DNA of 64,000 nt from Candidatus Uhrbacteria bacterium (GTDB lineage: Bacteria > Patescibacteriota > Patescibacteriia > UBA9934 > GWF2-40-263): contig CAIMOJ010000046.1 of NCBI GenBank assembly GCA_903843045.1, forward strand, positions 650-64,649, read 5' to 3'. The first letter of the stretch is position 1. Every line of letters starts with the position of its first letter. Below, piece by piece: positions 39,540 to 47,468 of this stretch. The notes under the pieces were generated by a model. The model saw only the letters and a program-made list of their open reading frames with translations, did no database searches and had not been told where the DNA came from. Position numbers and translations under genes: made by a program.

Positions 39540-40105
39540 AGAAGCACGACTTCGTCGCCGTTTTCAACCCAGAACTCACTCGCCTCGTCATGCGTCAGGT
39601 GCAGCGCGAGCGCAAACGTCGGGTGGACGCGAACGCTCACGAGTTCGATCCTGGTCTCCGGATGGCCGACGGGAACGACCGTCACCAGCTGGTGTTGCTC
39701 GACGCCAAGCTTCGCCGCGTCGCGCTCGTTGCAATGCAGGTGGCGTGCCGGGATGATGACGCCTGACTTCACGACGACGGACCCATCCGGCCCCACGAGT
39801 TCGCAGGACCCCGTTCGACTCAAATCTCCCGAAAGACGGACCGGCGCGTCAATCCCAAGCGCGAACGCCTCGGTCGGCGACAATTCTACCTGCGTCGCGT
39901 CGCGTTCCGGCCCAAGAACGCGCACCTCTTCCAACTCGACGTCGTTTGCCCCGATGACGCGTACGGTCTGATCCGAAGAAAACTGCCCGCGATGGGCCAA
40001 ATCAGAGCGTTTCGTTAGTTTTTCGGATCCAAAAAGTGCCTCCCTGTCCGCGACGGACAGGTGAACGTGACGATACTGAACATGAACGGGAATGACGGTT
40101 TTCAT
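39536..40105 (-). CDS. pduL: PduL-type phosphate acyltransferase
   Basis: [28 protein letters not shown] and RHLH motifs. Confidence 0.88.
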   Translation of the reverse strand: MKTVIPVHVQYRHVHLSVADREALFGSEKLTKRSDLAHRGQFSSDQTVRVIGANDVELEEVRVLGPERDATQVELSPTEAFALGIDAPVRLSGDLSRTGSCELVGPDGSVVVKSGVIIPARHLHCNERDAAKLGVEQHQLVTVVPVGHPETRIELVSVRVHPTFALALHLTHDEASEFWVENGDEVVLL

Positions 40106-40827
40106 GCGATGTGCTTCTTTTCGCGCTTCTTCGCGTGTCCGAACGTGTACTTGAACTTGTCGTGACGGATCGGGCCGAGCATCGCCAGGTGCATTTCCGC
40201 GAGGGTGTACTTGATGGCGATGTTGATGCGGCCATCGCGGTCGAGACGACGGATCGAGACCGGGATCTTCGTTGCGCGCAGAAACCCGAACGAGCCGATC
40301 TTTGCCGCGCGGCCCGCGTACTCGTGGTCCTCGCAGAACGTGATGCTCTCGTCGAACCCGTTGATCTTGTCATGCGTATCCCTCCGAACGAACATGCAGA
40401 ATCCCGGCGCGTGCGGAAACACGTCTCCCCAGGCCCGAACGTACACATTGTACGCCTTGTGGATCACGTGGTCGATCCACTGGTCGGACAGCGGAAACAC
40501 GTCCACCGTGGCGATGTCGAACTTCTTTTCCAGCATCTCCCCCACCGACCGCTCCAAAAACTCCGGGTCGCGCAGTTCCACGTCCGCGTCCAGAAACAAC
40601 AGGATGTCCGTCTTCGCCGCCGACGCGCCGCGATTGCGCCCCGGCCCAGGCATTCCGCCCTCGACGACACGACAGCCGAACGATTCGGCGATCTCTCGCG
40701 TTCGATCCTTCGACCCGGCATCCGCGACGATAATTTCCTTCGGCTGCATGGTCTGCCGTCGGATCGATTCCAACAGCCGAGGCAGGCTTGCCTCCTCATC
40801 CTTTGTCGGAATGACAATCGTGAGCAT
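40102..40827 (-). CDS. GT2 glycosyltransferase
   Basis: IVIPT, DAGSKD, RNRGA, FLDAD and ED..SIRR motifs. Confidence 0.88.
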   Translation of the reverse strand: MLTIVIPTKDEEASLPRLLESIRRQTMQPKEIIVADAGSKDRTREIAESFGCRVVEGGMPGPGRNRGASAAKTDILLFLDADVELRDPEFLERSVGEMLEKKFDIATVDVFPLSDQWIDHVIHKAYNVYVRAWGDVFPHAPGFCMFVRRDTHDKINGFDESITFCEDHEYAGRAAKIGSFGFLRATKIPVSIRRLDRDGRINIAIKYTLAEMHLAMLGPIRHDKFKYTFGHAKKREKKHIA

Positions 40828-40832
40828 AACGT

Positions 40833-41279
40833 TTATATTTTACCTGATCCTGTCGATAACACAAACAACGCGATTCCGGTCGCGACGGCGACGTTCAAGG
40901 AGCGCTTGCGTCCCGGCATCAGAATCTCGACCGTCGTGTCACAGAGCGCGAGCACGGACGGTTCGACCCCCTCGACCTCGTTCCCAAGCAACAGGGCAAC
41001 CTTCCCGTCCATCGGCCCGATCGGCACCGAACCGGGCCTGTTGTCGAGCGCGACGACTCGATACCCTTCCCCCTTGAGCCCCTTGATCACCTCGATAACC
41101 TCGCCACCCTTCCAGGGCACCCGGTCCTCCGCCCCAAGCGCCACCTTCGCGATCTCCGGCCGTGGCGGAGTTCCCGTGATTCCGGTAAGGTATACGCGTT
41201 CCACCGCAAAGCAGTCCGCGGATCGAAAGATCGCGCCGACGTTGTGGAGACTTCGAATGTTGTGAGCAATAATGACCAT
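40833..41279 (-). CDS. SpoU/TrmH family RNA methyltransferase
   Basis: NIRSLHNVGAIFRSAD, GNEVEG and SLNVAVA motifs. Confidence 0.92.
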   Translation of the reverse strand: MVIIAHNIRSLHNVGAIFRSADCFAVERVYLTGITGTPPRPEIAKVALGAEDRVPWKGGEVIEVIKGLKGEGYRVVALDNRPGSVPIGPMDGKVALLLGNEVEGVEPSVLALCDTTVEILMPGRKRSLNVAVATGIALFVLSTGSGKI

Positions 41280-41281
41280 AT

Positions 41282-42673
41282 ATGAAGCTTCTCCAGCCCA
41301 TCTCAGGCACCGTCGACCGGCTTGCACCGGACGGCAGCGGCGTGATCAATCGTCCCGAGGGAAAACCTTTTTTGATTTATAACGTGATTCCGGGCGAGGA
41401 GGTGACCGCGACAGTCGTGAAGCGCGGGCCGGACGGCGTGCGGGCGAAGCTCGACTCGATCGTCGTCGCGTCGCCGGACCGCGTCGCGCCGCGCTGCCCG
41501 TATGCCGGAACGTGCGGGGGGTGCAAGTGGCAGCACGTGGATTATACACGGCAGCGGACGGAGAAGCTGAATCGGCTGCGGTCGACCTTCGCGGAAGCTG
41601 CGACCGAGTGCCCCGTCGAATCCGTCGTCGCGTCGCCGGACCAATTCTACTACCGCAATCGCATGGACTTCACCTTCGGCCGCGACGGCGAGCTCGGTTT
41701 GAAGATGCCGGACAAATGGTGGGCCGCGCTCAACCTGGAGACATGCTACCTGCTCTCCCCCGAATCCGTCGAGATCGTCAACGCGGTCCGCGAGTGGGCA
41801 CGATCGACGGGATTGCCGTTCTGGGACGGAAAGACGCACGCGGGATTCTTCCGATATCTCGTGATCCGCGAGGGAAAGAACACGGGCGAGCGCATGGTGA
41901 CGCTCGTGACGGCGACGAACGACGCGTTTCGTCCCGAGGGACTCGTCGCCGCGATTGGAGACCGGGCGACTTCGATTGTTCACGGGATCAACGATGGCAT
42001 CACCGACCTCTCGATCTCCGACGTGCTCGTCCCGCTCAAGGGCAACCCGTTCATTCACGAGGAGATAAACGGCGTCCGGTTTAAGATCACGCCGAACGCG
42101 TTCTTCCAGACGAACTCGGCAATGGCCGCCAAGCTCCAGGACGAGGTCGTGCGCCACTGCGAGACAGCCGTCGTTGGCAAGACGAACCCGACCGTCCTCG
42201 ACCTCTACTGCGGATCGGGATTCTTCTCGCTCGCGTTGGCGAAGCGATCCTCGACGATCAAGGTCGTCGGCATCGAGGAAAACGCCGAGGCGATCGCCTG
42301 CGCCAAGGAAAACGTGGCCGCGAACGCCGTCGAGGCCGAGTACTTCGTCTCAAAGGCCGAGGAGTTCGACTGGAAGAGCTACGCCCCCGACGTCGTCATC
42401 GTCGACCCGCCGCGCGCCGGAATGCACCCAAAGGTCATCGAGACCCTCCTTGAGGCCGCGCCGCCGACGATCATTTACATTTCCTGCAAATACGAGCGCT
42501 TCCTGATGGAATGGAACGGAACCGCCAACAGCGCCCCGGCCCTCTCGACGAAATACCGCCTCGCCGACGCGGCCGCCCTCGACCTCTTCCCGCACACCCC
42601 GCACATCGAGTTCGTCGCCCGCCTCGAATCGCTCCCCTCTCCTTCAAAAGGAGAGGGACAGGGTGAGGTCTAA
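41282..42673 (+). CDS. rlmD: 23S rRNA m5U methyltransferase RlmD/TrmA family
   Basis: TRAM domain, CP..GTCGGC Fe-S motif, FFQTN, DLYCGSG, DPPRAG, YISC and DLFPHTPHIE motifs. Confidence 0.93.
   Translation: MKLLQPISGTVDRLAPDGSGVINRPEGKPFLIYNVIPGEEVTATVVKRGPDGVRAKLDSIVVASPDRVAPRCPYAGTCGGCKWQHVDYTRQRTEKLNRLRSTFAEAATECPVESVVASPDQFYYRNRMDFTFGRDGELGLKMPDKWWAALNLETCYLLSPESVEIVNAVREWARSTGLPFWDGKTHAGFFRYLVIREGKNTGERMVTLVTATNDAFRPEGLVAAIGDRATSIVHGINDGITDLSISDVLVPLKGNPFIHEEINGVRFKITPNAFFQTNSAMAAKLQDEVVRHCETAVVGKTNPTVLDLYCGSGFFSLALAKRSSTIKVVGIEENAEAIACAKENVAANAVEAEYFVSKAEEFDWKSYAPDVVIVDPPRAGMHPKVIETLLEAAPPTIIYISCKYERFLMEWNGTANSAPALSTKYRLADAAALDLFPHTPHIEFVARLESLPSPSKGEGQGEV
42631..42673 (+). repeat. Family A element forming the 3' end and stop codon of rlmD
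   Basis: gctcccctctccttcaaaaggagagggacagggtgaggtcTAA. Confidence 0.92.
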
Positions 42674-42687
42674 GGTTGGCTCCACGA

Positions 42688-42716
42688 TTGACGTCCGTCC
42701 CATTTCCTGATATTCT
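42688..42716 (+). promoter_or_regulatory. Sigma70 promoter of era, probably leaderless
   Basis: TTGACG-17-TATTCT with extended TG; ATG 6 nt after the -10 box. Confidence 0.7.
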
Positions 42717-42722
42717 CCCGCC

Positions 42723-43607
42723 ATGTCTACCAAACCAACCCCAATCCCAGCCGTCCCGCAGAAGTCCGGCTTTGCCGTGCTCATCGGCCGCAGCAACGTG
42801 GGAAAGTCCACGCTGCTCAACACGATGGTCGGAACGAAGGTGGCCATCACCACCCCGAAGCCGCAGACCACCCGCCTTCCGGTGCAGGGCATCTTGTCGC
42901 GCCCGGACGGACAGGTGGTGTTCGTGGACACGCCGGGGCTCATGAAGAAATCCAAGGACGCGCTCACGAAGAAGCTCGCGGAGTTCGTGAAGGAGTCGTT
43001 GAAGGACGTGGACGTCATCGTCTACGTCGTGGACCCGACCCGCGCGATCGGAGACGAGGAAAAGTCGGCGCTAGCGCTCATCCGCAACATTGAGAAGCCG
43101 AAGATCCTGGTTCTCAACAAGTGCGACCTCCGCGACCGCGCGTTCCTCGACCACTACAAGGACCTTTCCGACCAGTTTACGACCGTGATCGACGTGTCCG
43201 CCATGACGGGAACGAACGTGAACACGCTCATCGACGAGATCTTCTCCTACGCCAAGGAAGGCGAGGCGTACTACCCGGAAGGCCAGGTCACGAGCATGAA
43301 GAGCGAGCTGTGGCTTGCCGAGCTCGTCCGCGAGAAGCTGTTCCTGCGCCTGCGCGAGGAGGTCCCGTACACGACCCACGTGGAGGTCGAGGACATGCAG
43401 AGCCGCGAGGACGGAACGCTGTACGTGGCCGCGACCATCTACACCACCGACGAGCGCTACAAGCGCATGATCATCGGCAAGGGCGGCCAGGGCGTCAAGG
43501 AAATCGGCCAGTCCACGCGCAACGAGCTGGAGGCCGTGATGCAGCGCAAGGTGTTCCTCGACCTGACGGTAGAGGTCGACTCGCACTGGGTCGACCGGCT
43601 CGGCTAA
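42723..43607 (+). CDS. era: GTPase Era
   Basis: GRSNVGKST, KPQTTR, DTPG, NKCD and KH domain IIGKGG. Confidence 0.96.
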   Translation: MSTKPTPIPAVPQKSGFAVLIGRSNVGKSTLLNTMVGTKVAITTPKPQTTRLPVQGILSRPDGQVVFVDTPGLMKKSKDALTKKLAEFVKESLKDVDVIVYVVDPTRAIGDEEKSALALIRNIEKPKILVLNKCDLRDRAFLDHYKDLSDQFTTVIDVSAMTGTNVNTLIDEIFSYAKEGEAYYPEGQVTSMKSELWLAELVREKLFLRLREEVPYTTHVEVEDMQSREDGTLYVAATIYTTDERYKRMIIGKGGQGVKEIGQSTRNELEAVMQRKVFLDLTVEVDSHWVDRLG

Positions 43608-43621
43608 TCGATACGAAAGGT

Positions 43622-43651
43622 AAACGACCCCGCTTATGGCGAGGTCGTTTT
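43622..43651. terminator. Bidirectional terminator-like hairpin
   Basis: aaacgacc..ggtcgttt stem at the junction of convergent genes. Confidence 0.55.
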
Positions 43652-44320
43652 GATTTCCGAGACTTCGAATCCGCGGAGCGCGCTGTCGAACGACGCGTCC
43701 GCGGCCGGTTTCAGCGTGACGGAGAGGATGAGCGGGTTGTCCGCGTTCTTGAGGACGAGATACTCCGCGAACCAATTCGATGCCTTGAGCGCGTCGACCT
43801 TTTGGAGCGTGCCGTCGACGCGAACCCAGGCGGTGGTCGCCAGGTCGTCCGTCTTGATCGTGAGCACGTCGGTCGCAGTCGGCAGGTCAGGCGCCGTCTG
43901 GTTCACGCTCGACAGGAACGATTTCACCGAGTCCGTCCACGCAAGCGCGCCAGAGATCGTCGTGTCGAGAAGTCCAAGGCTCAGGGTCGTGCTTCCGCCC
44001 GTCACAAGCCCGTCGTACTGCGCGGACGACAGGACGAACTGTGACTTCGACGTGTCCACGACCATCGCGCCCGTCTGCCAGTCGTTCGCCTTCTTCCAAG
44101 ATAATGTCGCGTCCGTCGTCGCAACCCGTTCGCTGAGCACGACCGTCTGCGCCTCCGTCCCCGCCCCGAACCACTCCGCGATCTTCCCGCCGATCCCAAG
44201 GACGGTCTCTCGGATCGTCAGCGTGTCCCCCGCCCCCACGGTCAGCGACGTCGACGGAGCGGACGAGCAGCCCGCGCCGACGAGAACGATCATCGCGACG
44301 ATCGCGGCAAGCCGTCTCAT
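43634..44320 (-). CDS. Hypothetical lipoprotein-like protein
   Basis: Signal peptide ending LVGAGC; ATGA overlap with the upstream gene. Confidence 0.7.
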   Translation of the reverse strand: MRRLAAIVAMIVLVGAGCSSAPSTSLTVGAGDTLTIRETVLGIGGKIAEWFGAGTEAQTVVLSERVATTDATLSWKKANDWQTGAMVVDTSKSQFVLSSAQYDGLVTGGSTTLSLGLLDTTISGALAWTDSVKSFLSSVNQTAPDLPTATDVLTIKTDDLATTAWVRVDGTLQKVDALKASNWFAEYLVLKNADNPLILSVTLKPAADASFDSALRGFEVSEIKTTSP

Positions 44321-44580
44321 ACCTTTTTCCCGTTCGCCCACTTGCGAATCACATCCTCATCTTCCTCCCCGCAGATGAACTGCTTCGATTCCGTGTTGTA
44401 GAAAAATGGAACACCGCCGCACAGCCCGCGGTCGATCGTTTCCATCCGCTCGGCATTCTCCTTATTATGCCAGGTTTCCAGCTTCTCGATGGCAATCCCT
44501 TCCTTGATCAGCCTGTCGATCATCGGCATCATCTTCAGGCAGTGACCGCATTCGGAACCGTAGAACTCCAACAAGGCCAT
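44317..44580 (-). CDS. Small thioredoxin/glutaredoxin-like protein
   Basis: FYGSECGHC and GVPFF motifs. Confidence 0.85.
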   Translation of the reverse strand: MALLEFYGSECGHCLKMMPMIDRLIKEGIAIEKLETWHNKENAERMETIDRGLCGGVPFFYNTESKQFICGEEDEDVIRKWANGKKV

Positions 44581-44616
44581 ATAGGGAAAATCGATGGGTT
44601 ATGCTAGGATTCTAAC

Positions 44617-45291
44617 ATGAAATACGCCCCGCATGCCATTTTCCTCGCCTTGGTCGCGATTCTCCTCGTCGGTGCCCGCTTTGGATTTGCGTGGGCGGGG
44701 GGTTCCGGACACGTGTCTACGCTCTCGGTCTTTCTCCAGGACGCGACCGGGCCGGTGACCGCGGAACGGAACGGGGTCGTCCGAACGCTTGCCCTCGATG
44801 ACAGGATCTACCGCGGGGAAACGATCGCGACGGCGCCGGGGAGCTTCGCCCAGCTCACGATCAGCGACTTCTCGCACATCGTCACCGTCGGGATGGACGA
44901 ACGGACGTCTCTGACCGTCGACGCGCTCACCGTCACGAAACCCGAGCTGTTCCTGCATGGCGGCCGCATCGAGACGTTCATGGACGGGACCGTCGACGGT
45001 CTCAACGTTCGAACGAACTTCACGAGATCCTCGCTTGGCAAGGGACGCGCGTCGTTCGTCAACTATGATTTCAAGGAGGCGGTCGCGATCGTTCCAATCG
45101 TCGGATCGGTGACGACCACCGCGACGAAGACGGACGAGACCAGAACGACGGCGACGGCGATCGGCATCCACGAGACGGACCCCGTCGCGTTCGACGAGAT
45201 CGGATTCAACCGGGACGCGGCGACGGTCAAACCGTTTTACGACTGGATTGAAACCCGGTTCGGACTCGAGGCGTTCGAGATCAAACAATAA
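44617..45291 (+). CDS. Membrane-anchored protein with FecR-like beta domain
   Basis: N-terminal TM; GETIATAPGSFAQL and MDERTSL pattern. Confidence 0.5.
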   Translation: MKYAPHAIFLALVAILLVGARFGFAWAGGSGHVSTLSVFLQDATGPVTAERNGVVRTLALDDRIYRGETIATAPGSFAQLTISDFSHIVTVGMDERTSLTVDALTVTKPELFLHGGRIETFMDGTVDGLNVRTNFTRSSLGKGRASFVNYDFKEAVAIVPIVGSVTTTATKTDETRTTATAIGIHETDPVAFDEIGFNRDAATVKPFYDWIETRFGLEAFEIKQ

Positions 45292-46336
45292 TCCCGCCAC
45301 CGATCATCTCTTCCCCGTCGTAGAGGACGATCGACTGGCCAGGCGTGACGGCACGGACGGGTTCGTCGAATTCGACGGTGACTGAGTCCGCATCGGTCGC
45401 GACGATCGAACATGCCTGCAACGGCTGTCGATACCGAACGCGGGCGGAGATCTTTTCTCCGACGATTGGCTGACGGAACCAGTTCGTGGACGTCGCGACG
45501 AGTTTCTTTTCAAACAGTGCCGGATGGAAATTGCTCGAGACGATGAGCTGCCTCGTCTCGGGTTTTTTGTCGACCACGTAGTACGGCGTCCCTCCCCCGA
45601 CGTTCAGCCCGTGCCGCTGGCCGATCGTGTAGAACGCGACCCCCTCGTGCGTCCCCACCACTTCCCCGCCCGTCGTGACGATCTCGCCCGGATCCTCGGG
45701 AATGCGCTCCTTTAAGAATGCGCGGATGTCGACTTCCCCAACGAAACAGATCCCCGTCGAATCCTTCTTCTCCGCCGTCGACAACCCAAGCTCGCGCGCC
45801 TTCTCGCGCACCTCCGGCTTCGTCATCGCGCCAACCGGAAACAACACGCGCGGCAGCACGCTCTTCGGGATCGCCCAGAGAAAATAGGTCTGATCCTTGT
45901 TGTCGTCCGTCCCTGCAAGGATTCGTCCGTCGACGATCCGCGCGTAATGCCCCGTCGCGACGAACGCGCAGCCGAGACGGTCCGCCTCTTTGACGAACAG
46001 GTCGAACTTCACATACTTGTTGCACAGCACATCCGGATTCGGCGTCCTTCCTGCGGCGTATTCCTGGTACAAGTTCTCAACAACCAATTCGCGATATTGC
46101 TTCTCAAAGTCGAACGTCACGAACGGAATCCCAAGCTTCGCCGCCACCCGCATCGCGTCTCGCCGCTCCGTCCTCCATCCGCATTCCTTCGTCTCGCCGT
46201 CGCACTTGATCTCCGTCCAATTCTTCATGAACGCCCCGATCACCTCGTACCCCTGCTCCAACAGCAACGCCGCGGCCACGGACGAATCCACGCCGCCGGA
46301 CATGCCGAGCAGGACTTTCTTGCGAGCTTCTTCCAT
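45281..46336 (-). CDS. mnmA: tRNA 2-thiouridylase MnmA
   Basis: MSGGVDSS, TPNPDVLCN, ATGHYA, KDQTYFL and DSTGICF motifs. Confidence 0.97.
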   Translation of the reverse strand: MEEARKKVLLGMSGGVDSSVAAALLLEQGYEVIGAFMKNWTEIKCDGETKECGWRTERRDAMRVAAKLGIPFVTFDFEKQYRELVVENLYQEYAAGRTPNPDVLCNKYVKFDLFVKEADRLGCAFVATGHYARIVDGRILAGTDDNKDQTYFLWAIPKSVLPRVLFPVGAMTKPEVREKARELGLSTAEKKDSTGICFVGEVDIRAFLKERIPEDPGEIVTTGGEVVGTHEGVAFYTIGQRHGLNVGGGTPYYVVDKKPETRQLIVSSNFHPALFEKKLVATSTNWFRQPIVGEKISARVRYRQPLQACSIVATDADSVTVEFDEPVRAVTPGQSIVLYDGEEMIGGGIIV

Positions 46337-46369
46337 ATGATTTCCGGAGTTTGCCACAGATTTGGCCAA

Positions 46370-46398
46370 TTGACAATCGTCCGATCCCATTGGATACT
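46370..46398 (+). promoter_or_regulatory. Sigma70 promoter
   Basis: TTGACA-17-GATACT. Confidence 0.6.
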
Positions 46399-46416
46399 TA
46401 TCGCAGAGGTCGAACC

Positions 46417-46827
46417 ATGGAACCAAAGCTCATTCTGATCGTCTGCCCAAAGACCCACCAGCCCTTCTTCGAACGGTCGCTTCGCGAGGCGCTCGACAAG
46501 GAGCGCATCCGCTACGTCTTCGCCCACTGCGACACCGTCGCCGATGCCGCCAAGACCATGGACCAGGCGGGATATCCGGATTTCGTCGTCTGCGTCAAGG
46601 ACGCAAGTTCCGCGGACGCGTACTTCGACCTCCTGCGAAAGGTCCGCCATGCCGGGGAGTCGATGCCGTTCGTCGTCTGGAACGCGTCGTTCTCCCCCGA
46701 AGCCACCGAGCTCATCGCCAGCCTCAGCGGCCTCACCGTCTCCCTGGACAAGCCCGGCGCCCTCGCCCGCCTCAACCGCTACGCCACGACTCTCCTCCAC
46801 GGCCAGCGCCGCAAGCAGGCGTCCTGA
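46417..46827 (+). CDS. Degenerate receiver (REC)-like protein
   Basis: ILIV, DTVADA, PDFVV, PFVVW and DKP pattern; promoter upstream and UUCG terminator downstream. Confidence 0.5.
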   Translation: MEPKLILIVCPKTHQPFFERSLREALDKERIRYVFAHCDTVADAAKTMDQAGYPDFVVCVKDASSADAYFDLLRKVRHAGESMPFVVWNASFSPEATELIASLSGLTVSLDKPGALARLNRYATTLLHGQRRKQAS

Positions 46828-46882
46828 CCTCGATTCGTCGAGGTCTTTTCATTAAAAAAGCCCGGCGCGTGACGTCGGGCTA
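46826..46882. terminator. Pair of terminators between convergent genes
   Basis: gacctcga-ttcg-tcgaggtc-tttt (+) and aaaaaagcccggcg..cgtcgggct (-). Confidence 0.7.
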
Positions 46883-47314
46883 GTCGGCAAGGTCGTTCCA
46901 CTCCTCGAAGGACACCTCTTCCTCGTCGAGGACGTTAAAGATCAGGTTGAACGCGAAGTGCTCGCAGAAGGCGCGGCGTTCCAGATCATGGTCATCGAAC
47001 CTGCAGTGCGCGGTAAACTTGTTCGCGGCCACGTTTCCCTTGCAGAGCGGCCGGTCGCCGCCTATGTCCACCACCAGCCAGACTTCCGAGAACAGGGCGT
47101 CCTCCTGGTGGCGGAATGAGACAATCTGCATGGAGACGACAGTCGGAAACCGTTCGATCGCGGGAAACGGGAGTTCGCATTTCATACGCCGGATCGCCAC
47201 GCATGCGTACTCAAAATCGGCTGCCGACCGTGGCCGCTGGGTAGAGACCATCCGGTAATACTCGGGGAATCCGTCGTTCGCCCAGGCGAGCAGTTGCGTT
47301 TTGGTAATGGTCAT
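46880..47314 (-). CDS. Hypothetical protein
   Basis: 144 aa ORF ending at a terminator; start uncertain. Confidence 0.5.
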   Translation of the reverse strand: MTITKTQLLAWANDGFPEYYRMVSTQRPRSAADFEYACVAIRRMKCELPFPAIERFPTVVSMQIVSFRHQEDALFSEVWLVVDIGGDRPLCKGNVAANKFTAHCRFDDHDLERRAFCEHFAFNLIFNVLDEEEVSFEEWNDLAD

Positions 47315-47402
47315 TGAGCACCGGGAAAGAGCATGCGGAGAGAGTGACAGAAATCGAGAAGATTGTCCATGCGGGTTGACGAGACGGCCACCCGACAAAA
47401 AA

Positions 47403-47462
47403 CGAACGGGACTAAAGTCCCTGGAAAACTCGATGAGTTCCCAGGGACTTTAGTCCCGTTCG
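47403..47462. repeat. REP doublet (REPIN-like) long palindrome
   Basis: Perfect 22-bp arms cgaacgggactaaagtccctgg/ccagggactttagtcccgttcg; each arm contains the hairpin gggac-N4-gtccc. Confidence 0.85.
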
Positions 47463-47468
47463 CGGGGC

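Noticed and set aside
11871-42673. Family A repeats as a CRISPR array
   Set aside because: Copies are dispersed over 30 kb without regular spacers, and there are no cas genes.
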